Source of the DNA: a virus
Taxonomy: Duplodnaviria > Caudoviricetes
Virus record (IMG/VR): IMGVR_UViG_3300047545_000612
Coordinates: 1-58,231 of that record
Length of the DNA: 58,231 nt
Reading direction: 5' to 3' (one strand)
Position numbers and translations under genes: made by a program. Position 1 is the first letter of the stretch; the number at the start of each line of letters is the position of its first letter. A model generated the notes under the pieces. That model made no database searches. It worked only from the letters and a program-made list of their open reading frames with translations, and was not told where the DNA came from. Shown piece by piece: positions 1 to 9,423 of this stretch.

Positions 1-328
1 CTCCTGAGTTGTTGATCTCTTCTACTTCAGAATATAGGTCCCTATACGATTTAAACTGGTATATATCTTTGGTTTTTATTTTACCTTTTTCTAAAAGAGT
101 ATTATATTCTTCTACAGTATTTGCTAAGTTATCTAATTTTGGTTTTTCTGTAATCCATATTTTAGCTAGCCATCCTACAAATTTTCTTGTAGGGGTAGGA
201 TCTATTTTAATTAATTTCTCTAAATCATCTTGAGAAAGTTTTCCTGCTTGAACATATTGTTTAGCTTGTTTTACATTTTCTAAAATAAAATGTACATTTT
301 CTCGTAATAAAGGTTTAGTTATTCTCAT
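1..328 (-). CDS. hypothetical phage protein, 5' part (truncated by window edge)
   Basis: Not in ORF track. ATG at 328 overlaps the kinase stop; open to the window edge (MRITKPLLRENVHFILENVKQAKQY...KDIYQFKSY...). The + strand ORF 9..233 is its shadow. Confidence 0.7.
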   Translation of the reverse strand, partial: MRITKPLLRENVHFILENVKQAKQYVQAGKLSQDDLEKLIKIDPTPTRKFVGWLAKIWITEKPKLDNLANTVEEYNTLLEKGKIKTKDIYQFKSYRDLYSEVEEINNSG

Positions 329-756
329 TATACGTCTGTCATTTTTAAATTACCCTGACTGTCTAACATAAAGTTATCCGGTCGGATATCTAGCTCTTCA
401 GGATCTATTCCTATTTCACTTGCTTCTTGATTCAATTTAGCTATAAACTCATCCGATACTTTACCTGTAAATGGCTTCATATCCGGCATTGTAATTATTG
501 CTAGTTTTGGATTAACAACTTCTACATCTATAATCGGTACAAAGTACTGAGTGTTCTTTCCTTTGAGTATTTCTGCATGTTCAATCTCTACTTCATCTGA
601 GGTTACTTTCTTCACTTTATCTCCTACTAGGTAAACTGATCCGTAATCACCTGATCCTAGGAATTTACCTCCTTGATCGATTATATCATTTACTCTTTCC
701 TGGTATTCCTGTGAAGGAGAAATTACTTCTTTTAATAAAGATACTAATAGTCCCAT
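328..756 (-). CDS. minimal protein-kinase-like (PKL fold) protein
   Basis: Gly-rich loop LGSGDYGSVY, VKK lysine, catalytic loop DIRPDNFM; ends at the Mg-binding D (KMTDV). Confidence 0.75.
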   Translation of the reverse strand: MGLLVSLLKEVISPSQEYQERVNDIIDQGGKFLGSGDYGSVYLVGDKVKKVTSDEVEIEHAEILKGKNTQYFVPIIDVEVVNPKLAIITMPDMKPFTGKVSDEFIAKLNQEASEIGIDPEELDIRPDNFMLDSQGNLKMTDV

Positions 757-757
757 A

Positions 758-1261
758 CTACTTTTGCCCTCTCATCATACCTCTTACTGCCTTTTCTGAA
801 GGTGGTTGAGATGTATCTGATTTGAATACTCTTCCGTCTGTTTTGAAAGAATCAGGTGCTTGCATTTCATACTCTGCATCAACTAGGTCAGCTGCTTTGG
901 CTTGCCAGTTCTCTACTGAGTTTGAATATGTGGATCTGTTACCACTACCCTCTACTCCTGATATCTTGAAAATACTTTTTGGATCTAATTCTGAAAGGTG
1001 TTTTACTAGCTCTTCTTTTGATAAAGTATCTCCTGTATTTTCATAAACAGGTTTTTCTCCTCTTAATATTTTAGCTACGTTATCTGGGTTTGCTTTATCT
1101 AGTACTGCATTACCTCTTTCTACTTGAGATGGTTCTCCTTTAGCAATAGCAGTTAATATCTTCATAAAGTCTGCAGAAGTACCCCCCTGAGTCTTACCTG
1201 TATATTTTGAATATCCTTGAAGTGCTTCTCTAATTATCTCTCTTAATTCTGATCTTTTCAT
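758..1261 (-). CDS. hypothetical protein (possible virion/internal protein)
   Basis: 167 aa ORF in tight operon; N-terminal MKRSELREIIREAL leader. Confidence 0.7.
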   Translation of the reverse strand: MKRSELREIIREALQGYSKYTGKTQGGTSADFMKILTAIAKGEPSQVERGNAVLDKANPDNVAKILRGEKPVYENTGDTLSKEELVKHLSELDPKSIFKISGVEGSGNRSTYSNSVENWQAKAADLVDAEYEMQAPDSFKTDGRVFKSDTSQPPSEKAVRGMMRGQK

Positions 1262-1264
1262 ATA

Positions 1265-1534
1265 TTATTTTTTTACAGATCCTTCTGATAAAGCATCTTG
1301 TGTGTAAATAATTAAGTCTAATACCTCTTCCAAAGCAACTTCTACATCATGGAATGGACTTGAATCTCCGTCAAAGTCAAATTGCTGCTTGTAACTACCT
1401 ATTACTTCCAAGCAATCCTCTACTGCACTCTCTACTTTATTATAGACTACTCTACCTGGTGAGGGAGCTCCGGAATTTACTTTAATATTTGCTACTGCTT
1501 CTTTTACAAGCTTGGTTAGTTCTGATTGTTTCAT
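1265..1534 (-). CDS. hypothetical protein
   Basis: 89 aa; MKQSELTKLVKEAV leader. Confidence 0.7.
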   Translation of the reverse strand: MKQSELTKLVKEAVANIKVNSGAPSPGRVVYNKVESAVEDCLEVIGSYKQQFDFDGDSSPFHDVEVALEEVLDLIIYTQDALSEGSVKK

Positions 1535-1535
1535 T

Positions 1536-1793
1536 TTAATATTCTTGTATTTGTACGTTTAGTGTTCCTGTTCCTTTAATCAACCTATGATAGGTATCTT
1601 TAGGTATAAATAGCGTGTCTTTTAATGTAAATGGTAATTGATTCTCAAATTGAAACATCCAATCGGTTGAATCCATTATAGTTACCTCTCTATCATTTTC
1701 ATCTCTATGCCAAACCAGTTCATCCTCAGATATGTCTTGTGTGAATTTCCTGTAAAGACAAGTCTGTGTCTGTATTTCTTTATAAGGCCTCAT
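1536..1793 (-). CDS. cupin-like protein
   Basis: WHRD..DREV and FIPKDTYHRL are cupin metal-binding motifs. Confidence 0.6.
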   Translation of the reverse strand: MRPYKEIQTQTCLYRKFTQDISEDELVWHRDENDREVTIMDSTDWMFQFENQLPFTLKDTLFIPKDTYHRLIKGTGTLNVQIQEY

Positions 1794-1794
1794 A

Positions 1795-2358
1795 TTACCA
1801 GTATCCTGAGAAATTACGACTACCTCCTAATGACTTCCAATATCTTCCAATATTACATGCCCAGTATCCTGGTTTTGTTTTATCCTTTTTGGTTGCACAT
1901 TGATGTCTAGCTGCAAAAGAAGATCTAGCTCCTGGTTCATCTATTTTAACATTCAATCCTGTTGTACCTCCGAAAGATACCTTAACTACATTGCCTTTTT
2001 TATTCTTTGTATAAACGTAGAATTTCTTAGACCCTCCTCTTTTAGGTTTATTTAAAGGTACGTTTTTACCTCTGTACTCTCCTTCTTCAAGATCCTCCTC
2101 TACCATTGGTAAGTCTAAAGGTACTTTTTCTCCTTCATACTCTCCATATTCTCCTAAATCTGTTTGTTCTAATAATAAGATATCCTCCTCACATAGCTGT
2201 AAATTACCGTCTCTGTGAAGTACTCTTGCTTCAGTAAACAATTGTATAAAGCCCTCAGAGGAATACCTGTAGATATTCTCAGATAAAGGGAGGTTATGTC
2301 TTAGATGGTAATCTAGACCAGGTGTTGTTTCTACCAGCAGGTTAAGTAGTTTTATCAT
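1795..2358 (-). CDS. conserved phage hypothetical protein
   Basis: Acidic N-half and basic C-domain KKFYVY...VKVSFG...SFAARH.C...YWAC, a pattern I recognise from large phages. Confidence 0.65.
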   Translation of the reverse strand: MIKLLNLLVETTPGLDYHLRHNLPLSENIYRYSSEGFIQLFTEARVLHRDGNLQLCEEDILLLEQTDLGEYGEYEGEKVPLDLPMVEEDLEEGEYRGKNVPLNKPKRGGSKKFYVYTKNKKGNVVKVSFGGTTGLNVKIDEPGARSSFAARHQCATKKDKTKPGYWACNIGRYWKSLGGSRNFSGYW

Positions 2359-2792
2359 AAAAAATCCTTTTTAAAGAATCGACCTGATATATTATCGTTA
2401 AAGTAGGTTGATCCTGGTTCAATAACTCCCTTCATATATAGGTACTTATCTTCGTAGTAGGTAAGTTGCTTCTTAGAAGATACAAAGATAAGGATTTCTC
2501 TTGAGAATTCCGACTGTTTTTTATCTTTTATCATCTGTTTTATTTCCGGATGTGATCCGTAATAAGTTTTCCAGTCAGTCTCTTTTGTGACTGTCTTTTT
2601 CTTTGATGCTCTTTTATCAGTTAGAAGTGCTAGTTCTTTTTTTCCTAGTGCTTTTCTCTGAATTGAAATTAATTGCTTTCTTCCTAAGTACTTTCTACCT
2701 GTTGGTAGGTGTGTTACTTCGTAGATAAATCCGAAAGTGTTTTCCGGCATATCTGTTAATTCTTTTACTTCTTGTTCTTTATATAACCACAT
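2355..2792 (-). CDS. GIY-YIG (Seg-like) endonuclease
   Basis: GFIYEVTH...KYLGRK, YYGS and YFNDNI motifs; likely start MWLYK at 2792 rather than 2831. Confidence 0.75.
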   Translation of the reverse strand: MWLYKEQEVKELTDMPENTFGFIYEVTHLPTGRKYLGRKQLISIQRKALGKKELALLTDKRASKKKTVTKETDWKTYYGSHPEIKQMIKDKKQSEFSREILIFVSSKKQLTYYEDKYLYMKGVIEPGSTYFNDNISGRFFKKDFL

Positions 2793-2812
2793 ATTTTTTA
2801 TTAGTTTAAATG

Positions 2813-3409
2813 CTAAAAGAGAGCGTTCCAAGTATCTCCGTTGAAGTAGTAAAGTACACTTGCTGCTGTTGAGCCTGATGCTATAATCATGCCCTCTACT
2901 GGAGAGGTTGGTGTTGTATTTCTTGGAGTTATTGTAAGAATGTCTCCTATTGTAAAAACTCCTGCAGCTCCTTGCGGTCCTGCTGGACCTTGTGAACCCA
3001 CTCCTATAGCTCCTTGAGGTCCTTGAACTCCTTGAAGTTGCAAATCTGTTCTATACCTTACATTACCACTTCCGTCTGCTACTAGTATTTTAGTCTCAGT
3101 AGTACCTGCTGATAAGGATGCTAGTTTAAGGACTGACCCTGTTACTTGACCTATTACTTGTAAATTACCTGTGATACCTACGTTACTAGTTCGGGTAATT
3201 AGTCTTCCTAAACTGGCAGTCCAATACGAAGAGCCTTGAGGTATATCTATGTTTACTGGATTTGGACTAGGTGCGAAAGTACTTCCTGTGTAGTATAGTG
3301 ATAGTGTGTTTCCACTGATAGAGGCTGAATAGAAAAGAGATGAGAAATTCTCATCTGCTTCTATGTAGGTTAATTTGGATCCTTTATCGGTTCTTAGTAG
3401 TATTGCCAT
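2813..3409 (-). CDS. short collagen-like tail fibre, paralog 1
   Basis: Shared N-terminal anchor [29 protein letters not shown]; short G-X-Q stretch; distinct C-terminus. Confidence 0.7.
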   Translation of the reverse strand: MAILLRTDKGSKLTYIEADENFSSLFYSASISGNTLSLYYTGSTFAPSPNPVNIDIPQGSSYWTASLGRLITRTSNVGITGNLQVIGQVTGSVLKLASLSAGTTETKILVADGSGNVRYRTDLQLQGVQGPQGAIGVGSQGPAGPQGAAGVFTIGDILTITPRNTTPTSPVEGMIIASGSTAASVLYYFNGDTWNALF

Positions 3410-3452
3410 GTAGTATGTCTTTTATATAAATAGGTAATAAGATACTATGTAT

Positions 3453-5417
3453 CTACTGCCTACTTCTTAACTCATCTATCTGTTTTTGTTGCTCCTTAAT
3501 TGCTTGAATTAGAAGTGCAACTATCTTGTCGTACTTAACGGCTTTGTATCCATTCTCCCTAGTTACAACTAGTTCTGGTAGTATCTGCTCTATTTCCTGA
3601 GCTATGATCCCTACGTCATGACCTGTATAGGTTGCCTGGTTATCATTCCAATCAAATTCATATCCACCTATTTGCTGCACTTTAAATAGTGCGTTAGATA
3701 TTGGGGTAATATTGCTCTTTAATCTCCTATCTGAAGAAGCGTACGCCACTACATCTCCTGCTACATTTAGTGTATGTGTGCTTACGTTAAACTGAAAACC
3801 TGGATTGATTGCGTCAAAGTATGGGTAGGTCTGACCTTCATTACCTGGATCTCCTAGCAGTACGTAGTAGTTTCCTGATGATGTGGATTGTAGACTATAC
3901 GTAGGCCCTGTAGCACCTGTGGCTCCTTGTGGTCCTGTAGCTCCTTGTGTACCTGTTCCTGTAGTACCTTGTATTCCTTGAATACCCTGAGCCCCAGTAG
4001 TACCTTGTGCTCCAGTAGCTCCTTGAATACTAGTTCCTGTTGTACCTTGTGCTCCCGTTGTACCTTGTGATCCGGTAGCTCCTTGTGTACCTGTTCCTGT
4101 AGTACCTTGTATTCCTTGAATACCTTGAATTCCTTGAGCTCCATTAGTTCCATCAGTTCCGTTGGTTCCACTAATTCCTTGAATACCTTGAATACCTTGT
4201 ACGCTAATTCCTTGAATACCCTGTATACCTTGAGTTCCTTGTATTCCTTGGATTCCCTGAATACCTTGAACACTTATTCCTTGTATTCCCTGTAATCCTT
4301 GTACGCTAATTCCCTGTATACCTTGAATACCTTGGACGCTAAGTCCTTGGATACCTTGTAATCCCTGTATACCTTGAATACCAGCAGTACCACTTAGGTC
4401 ATTTACGAATGTATAGGTACTTCCATTCCATAGGTATATTTTAGAGTTATCTGCATCATTTACATTACCTGTATCTATTAGTGCAAATTGTCCTGATACT
4501 ATTCCTGTTGGAGATGTGTCTGCTTGTAGTGCAGCTACACTTACATATGTCTTAGCTATAGCGAATCCTAATCCTGATTCCCCTGTTGTACCTTGTATTC
4601 CTAAACTACCTTGGATTCCTTGAATACCTTGCACTCCTTGAATACCTTGAAGGCCTTGTTCACCTTGTAGTCCTACAGTCCCTTGGGTTCCTGTACTTCC
4701 TTGTGCTCCTCCTGTTCCCTGGATACCTTGAATACCTTGGGCACCAGTTGCTCCTTGAGATCCTACTGCACCTTGAGTTCCTTGAGTACCCTGGTTACCT
4801 TGTAGTCCTTGAGTTCCCTGACTACCAGTAGCTCCCTGAGATCCTGTATATCCTGTAGATCCTTGAGAACCGGTTGTACCTTGGGCACCAGTTGTACCTG
4901 TTGCTCCTTGAATACCTGCTAGTCCTGCTTCTCCTGTAAATCCTTGTATACCTTGCTCTCCTGCTGGTCCTTGAATACCCTGAAGGCCTGTTGCTCCTTG
5001 TACTCCTGTTCCAGTTGCACCTTGTGCTCCTGCAGGTCCTTGTAGTTGTAGATCTGTTCTATATCTTACGTTTCCAAAGCTATCTGCTACTAGTATTTTA
5101 GTCTCAGTAGTACCTACTGGAAGAGATGTTAGTTTTAAAGTGGATCCTGATATGGCTCCTATGATACGAGTGTTACCTGTTATCCTAACTGCACTATTTC
5201 TGTAAATACTACCGTCAATGTCCTGTGTCCAATTAGAAGATCCTTGTGGAATATCTATAGCTATTGGGTTGTTTGTAGGTGCATAAGCACTTCCTGTATA
5301 GTATAGGTATAGTGTGTTGCCATCTATGGATGCGGAATAGAAAAGAGATGAGAAATTCTCATCTGCTTCTATATATGATAACTTAGATCCCTTGTCGGTT
5401 CTTAATAGTATTGCCAT
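3453..5417 (-). CDS. collagen-like tail fibre with C-terminal peptidase S74 intramolecular chaperone, paralog 2
   Basis: Long (Gly-X-Gln/Thr)n repeats; [10 protein letters not shown]...GIIAQE...[12 protein letters not shown] is the S74 chaperone signature. Confidence 0.85.
   Translation of the reverse strand: MAILLRTDKGSKLSYIEADENFSSLFYSASIDGNTLYLYYTGSAYAPTNNPIAIDIPQGSSNWTQDIDGSIYRNSAVRITGNTRIIGAISGSTLKLTSLPVGTTETKILVADSFGNVRYRTDLQLQGPAGAQGATGTGVQGATGLQGIQGPAGEQGIQGFTGEAGLAGIQGATGTTGAQGTTGSQGSTGYTGSQGATGSQGTQGLQGNQGTQGTQGAVGSQGATGAQGIQGIQGTGGAQGSTGTQGTVGLQGEQGLQGIQGVQGIQGIQGSLGIQGTTGESGLGFAIAKTYVSVAALQADTSPTGIVSGQFALIDTGNVNDADNSKIYLWNGSTYTFVNDLSGTAGIQGIQGLQGIQGLSVQGIQGIQGISVQGLQGIQGISVQGIQGIQGIQGTQGIQGIQGISVQGIQGIQGISGTNGTDGTNGAQGIQGIQGIQGTTGTGTQGATGSQGTTGAQGTTGTSIQGATGAQGTTGAQGIQGIQGTTGTGTQGATGPQGATGATGPTYSLQSTSSGNYYVLLGDPGNEGQTYPYFDAINPGFQFNVSTHTLNVAGDVVAYASSDRRLKSNITPISNALFKVQQIGGYEFDWNDNQATYTGHDVGIIAQEIEQILPELVVTRENGYKAVKYDKIVALLIQAIKEQQKQIDELRSRQ
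3900..5045 (-). repeat. collagen-like 9-bp periodic coding repeats (GGT ATT CAA etc.)
   Basis: Repeated ccttgaata/ccttgtatt units encoding GIQ/GTQ/GAT triplets. Confidence 0.85.
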
Positions 5418-5484
5418 GTGTATTCTATTTTATATAAATAGTAAAGGACTTAATAGGTGTTAATACTCTACCTACAGTTCTTAA

Positions 5485-5868
5485 CTATAGCGGAGGTAGT
5501 GGAAATTCTACAGTAGCAATATCACTAGAGTCTGTTATGTCTCTTAGTTGTTGTCTATATACTGCCCATTCTGTTTTCTTAGAACTAGAAAGTGGTGAGT
5601 CTGCAAGTTGTGTCCAATCACTAGCAGCTAGTAGTGCGTTTCGATCGCCTCTTACTTGTTGTAGAGTATTTGCAAGTGCTTGTTCTTCACTAATAGTTGT
5701 AGGAGAATAGGTATGTACACCTCCTACTATTTTATAGTCTCCTGTAAGAGCTTGTGACCATTCTTGTGGAGTTAGTGCTATATTTGGGGTAGGAATATTG
5801 TTCCCGTGTAACTCTTGTAGGTAAAATCCTACATAAATACCATCTTCGTTATAATGTGCGTAATACAT
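5485..5868 (-). CDS. tail fibre assembly chaperone
   Basis: RNALLAASDWTQLADSPLS...WAVYRQQLRDI motif typical of phage tail assembly chaperones. Confidence 0.8.
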   Translation of the reverse strand: MYYAHYNEDGIYVGFYLQELHGNNIPTPNIALTPQEWSQALTGDYKIVGGVHTYSPTTISEEQALANTLQQVRGDRNALLAASDWTQLADSPLSSSKKTEWAVYRQQLRDITDSSDIATVEFPLPPL

Positions 5869-5898
5869 ATTGTTTATTTACTTAGTTAATTAAAATAG

Positions 5899-6717
5899 CT
5901 AGTTACCTATGGCTATCCACTGTATTGAGTGACTATTTCCGGTACCGGCTGAGTCAAAGTTATCCCAAGTTACTGTAAACCCTGTAGTAGATCGTGCTGA
6001 TACTCTCTCTATCCACCCATCTGCTGTGGCAGCACTTTTCAACTTAGTTATGGTCATCGAAAGTATCGCATTTGGAAAACTTATTGGGAATGTTGGAGAG
6101 TAGGTTGTACCATTTAGTGCGGTAAACGTTCCCCACTGTATAATAAGTCCATTAGAGAATTGTTGGTATCCTGGATTTCCTAGTACGTCTCCTACTAGTG
6201 CACCGGCACCTGATGTACCTTGTGCTCCTGTGGTTCCCTGTGCACCTGCTGTACCTGTTGCTCCTTGGGTTCCTGTAGTACCAGTAGTTCCCTGTGCTCC
6301 AGTTGTACCAGTAGTTCCCTGTGCTCCAGTTGCTCCTGCTGGGCCTTGTAAAGATAAGTCTGTTCTATACTTAGTGTTTCCTTGATTATCTACAACTACT
6401 ACTCTAGTCTCTGCTATACCTTCTGGTATATTTGTAATCTGAGCTGTAGAACCTGTTACTGGTCCTGTCACTTTTAGGCTACCTGTTACTTGTACATCAC
6501 TTTCTCTACTAATCACACTTAGGCTACCTGTCCATTTAGATCCTTCCGGTATAGTTATATTTACCGGGTTTATTGTAGGTGCAAATTGACTACCTGTATA
6601 GTATAGAGATAGAGTATTACCTGATATAGATGCTGAATAGAAGAGAGATGAGAAATTCTCATCTGCTTCTTGGTATGTTAACTCTACTGATTGGTCCGTT
6701 CTTAATGTTATTGCCAT
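5899..6717 (-). CDS. collagen-like tail fibre with gp53-like C-terminal domain, paralog 3
   Basis: Same N-terminal anchor; G-X-Y repeats; GYQQFSNGLIIQWG...FPISFPN...WIAIG tail-fibre tip motif. Confidence 0.8.
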   Translation of the reverse strand: MAITLRTDQSVELTYQEADENFSSLFYSASISGNTLSLYYTGSQFAPTINPVNITIPEGSKWTGSLSVISRESDVQVTGSLKVTGPVTGSTAQITNIPEGIAETRVVVVDNQGNTKYRTDLSLQGPAGATGAQGTTGTTGAQGTTGTTGTQGATGTAGAQGTTGAQGTSGAGALVGDVLGNPGYQQFSNGLIIQWGTFTALNGTTYSPTFPISFPNAILSMTITKLKSAATADGWIERVSARSTTGFTVTWDNFDSAGTGNSHSIQWIAIGN

Positions 6718-6727
6718 GTCTTATATT

Positions 6728-7696
6728 TTATATATCAATCTTTACTACAAACGTCATGTCTGTGTTTGCCGATTTAGGTACCGGCTGTCCCATTTTTCCT
6801 ACTGCTATTAGTTCGTGAGCATCGTTATACAGTCCTACTGTAGTTATATATGGTTGAAAACTGGAACCTGTTATGTTACTCTTAAGTACACCGTTATTCA
6901 CTTTTGCTGCACTATTATAAATATCTCCTAAGTTATCGTAGGTTGTTTTTATAGAAGCACTAACTGCACTTGGATTATATGTTAGGTTGAATTCAGATTC
7001 TCTCAATTTACAGTGATAATTGTGAGTAAATATTGGTACTGTAGATTTAAACCATAACGTAATTGTAGCCAGTCTCTGTATATATCCTCTGTATTTTTCT
7101 GATGTTATTATAATCATACCTTGGTTATATATAATATCTCCTATATGGAAGGTAGTATATTCCATTGTAAGTGGATCTAGTACGTTTTCAAATAAGTTAC
7201 CTTCTCCATCATCGTAGATATAGTCTCGATAAGACTCGGCTAAGTCATCTGTGTATCCTACTTCCCATTCATCGAATCCTTCGTAAGTATCTTGTATGTT
7301 AAAACCTGGATCTACTGGGTCTGTATACCCTAAACTCCAGTAGTCTGATTGAACATAAAGAGATGGACGTATATCTATTACAACCGATTTTGGTTTAATA
7401 GCTACGCCGTATACTTCTCTAGGTACTGAAATAATAGCTGAACCTGTAACTAGGTTTCTAGCTAAAGGAAAGTCTAATGTAGTTTGTTGTGAAGGGTCAA
7501 AAGAGTGTGAGGGTGAAATACCACTATCCTTAGGTGGATAGTAGTTTTGCTGCATACTATTTAGGTAACTTCCTGTTGCGAAGTTTACTGTAATACCGTG
7601 TACAGCAAGATCACTTCCCGATACTGCCCACTCTTTATGAGCAGTATAGGTAGTTATGTATGCATCTTGTTTGTTTAACTTTTTGTAAGCACCCAT
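6728..7696 (-). CDS. structural (baseplate/tail-collar-like) protein
   Basis: C-terminal YITTVGLYND..LIAVGK motif shared with the neighbour; resembles tail-collar/fibre attachment domains. Confidence 0.55.
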   Translation of the reverse strand: MGAYKKLNKQDAYITTYTAHKEWAVSGSDLAVHGITVNFATGSYLNSMQQNYYPPKDSGISPSHSFDPSQQTTLDFPLARNLVTGSAIISVPREVYGVAIKPKSVVIDIRPSLYVQSDYWSLGYTDPVDPGFNIQDTYEGFDEWEVGYTDDLAESYRDYIYDDGEGNLFENVLDPLTMEYTTFHIGDIIYNQGMIIITSEKYRGYIQRLATITLWFKSTVPIFTHNYHCKLRESEFNLTYNPSAVSASIKTTYDNLGDIYNSAAKVNNGVLKSNITGSSFQPYITTVGLYNDAHELIAVGKMGQPVPKSANTDMTFVVKIDI

Positions 7697-7699
7697 TCA

Positions 7700-8710
7700 T
7701 TAATAGTCAAGTTTGATTCTTACTAATGCCTCTTTTGTAAAGTCTTTTAATAATGGTCTTGATAATTTAGCAACTCCTAATAGGTCGTTATTATCGTTGT
7801 AAAGACCTACTGTTGTAATATAAGATTGAGGAGTGTTTACCATTACAGTATGTCTTAATTCCCCTGATCCTGTAATATTAGATGGGTTAGTTGAATAGTT
7901 ATATTCACTGTTTCTTACCCTAACAAATACGTAGTTTGAAGTAACTGTTTCTTCTGAACGAAGTGTGAAGTTACCTCCTGCATTTAATGCATTATATAGG
8001 TTTCTTATGTTTATCTTGTCTACTCCATTTGTTACTGCATTTTCGTCAAGAGTAATTCCTGCTCCGTATGTTGGATCTTTAATTGCGTTAGCATTTAGTA
8101 TAATTAATCCTACATCTGGTAAGAATTTACCGAAAGATCCTGATGCGTTTGTAAATGCTAGTGGAGGTGTAATTATGTTACTACTACTAGACCCACTTAC
8201 TATATCGTAAACTCTTCCTGAGTCTACGTAAGAAATTGTTGATAGTACTAAACTATTATCGGTTAGTTCAAGAACTCTACTACCCTCTAATGTCAACTTA
8301 AGACTACCTGGTAATAGTTTTTCCTTATATCTTGATCTATTTACTGAGATAATATATACAGAATCTGGTGTTTTATCTCCAAAAGTAAAGTCAAGATCCT
8401 CATCTCCGTTTACCAATGTTCTATACTGTCCGTATACAACTGATGAAGGTGTTTTAGATGGAATACCTGCTGTAAAAGGGGCAGAACCGCTTCCATATCT
8501 ATTACCAAATCCTATTGCAAATTGAACTTCTGCTCCAGTAGTTGCAGGATCTGCTTGGTATACGTTATAGTAATACCTACCTGATGTACTTCCTGCTTGT
8601 GAACCTGTATAGAAAGCAGATAAATCGCTTTGTTGCCCTGTCCAAGCTGGTGCTACAATTGACTCTGCACTAATGGTAATATCCTCTTGGTCAAATCGTT
8701 TAAATGACAT
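7700..8710 (-). CDS. structural (baseplate/tail-collar-like) protein
   Basis: Paralogous C-terminus YITTVGLYND..LLGVAK; in the structural operon. Confidence 0.55.
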   Translation of the reverse strand: MSFKRFDQEDITISAESIVAPAWTGQQSDLSAFYTGSQAGSTSGRYYYNVYQADPATTGAEVQFAIGFGNRYGSGSAPFTAGIPSKTPSSVVYGQYRTLVNGDEDLDFTFGDKTPDSVYIISVNRSRYKEKLLPGSLKLTLEGSRVLELTDNSLVLSTISYVDSGRVYDIVSGSSSSNIITPPLAFTNASGSFGKFLPDVGLIILNANAIKDPTYGAGITLDENAVTNGVDKINIRNLYNALNAGGNFTLRSEETVTSNYVFVRVRNSEYNYSTNPSNITGSGELRHTVMVNTPQSYITTVGLYNDNNDLLGVAKLSRPLLKDFTKEALVRIKLDY

Positions 8711-8713
8711 ATG

Positions 8714-9373
8714 TTATGAATTTACTTTTATGATTGTTACTGGGATTGTTACTCTAGCTCCAGAATCTCTACCTATAATAGTAAGAGTAGTTTGAAGTTG
8801 TGTCTGATCTCCAAATAAAGTATTAACAGTTGTTGCTGTAATATTAATTGAAGTTCCTATTACTGTTTTAGATACATTAGTACCTAGTGTAGTAGTTGAA
8901 TTTAATCTCTCTGCTTCAGCAGTATTAACTCCTACTCCATTGAATGTATTAACTGTTCTAGCATCTGCTAAAGTTGCTACATATCCTCCTGCTTCAAATG
9001 TTTGAGTAGTTCCTAAGTAGTTTAGTGTTTGAGGTGTAATAGCTAAAGATGCTCCTTGCTTCAATCTGATTGCTGAATATCCTAAATCTAAAATAGGTAA
9101 CTTAGCTGTACCTCTTGGTAAAGTAGTTAACTTGTATTTCATGATTTGAGTTTCATCAGGAAATGCTTCTAATAGAGGCATGTTTTCAATTGCTTCTCCG
9201 TAGTAAGCTGATCCAGATGAGTGTGCTGGATTGTATAAGGTGTAGTCAATCTCATCATCTGCTAATGCAAATTGTGTAATTTTAAAAGAACCATCCCCTT
9301 TTGCAAGAAGTTCTCTACCTTTTTTAGTTAAAATAGCATCAACAGTTACTACTGAATTACTTAAATATCCCAT
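8714..9373 (-). CDS. structural (baseplate/tail) protein
   Basis: AILTKKGRELLA...ITQFALADDE resembles tail-collar fibre N-terminal motif; late-promoter motif upstream. Confidence 0.55.
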   Translation of the reverse strand: MGYLSNSVVTVDAILTKKGRELLAKGDGSFKITQFALADDEIDYTLYNPAHSSGSAYYGEAIENMPLLEAFPDETQIMKYKLTTLPRGTAKLPILDLGYSAIRLKQGASLAITPQTLNYLGTTQTFEAGGYVATLADARTVNTFNGVGVNTAEAERLNSTTTLGTNVSKTVIGTSINITATTVNTLFGDQTQLQTTLTIIGRDSGARVTIPVTIIKVNS

Positions 9374-9423
9374 TTGAATATGTTTTTATTAATAAATATA
9401 CGTTATTTTATTTTAGTAGGCTA

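Noticed and set aside
3854-4831. Alternative-frame ORFs in the collagen region (3854..4273, 4083..4295, 4586..4831)
   Set aside because: By-products of the 9-bp periodic repeat.
2813-6717. Diversity-generating retroelement or shufflon acting on tail fibres
   Set aside because: No reverse transcriptase, adenine-specific TR/VR pair, invertase or inverted cassettes in the window.
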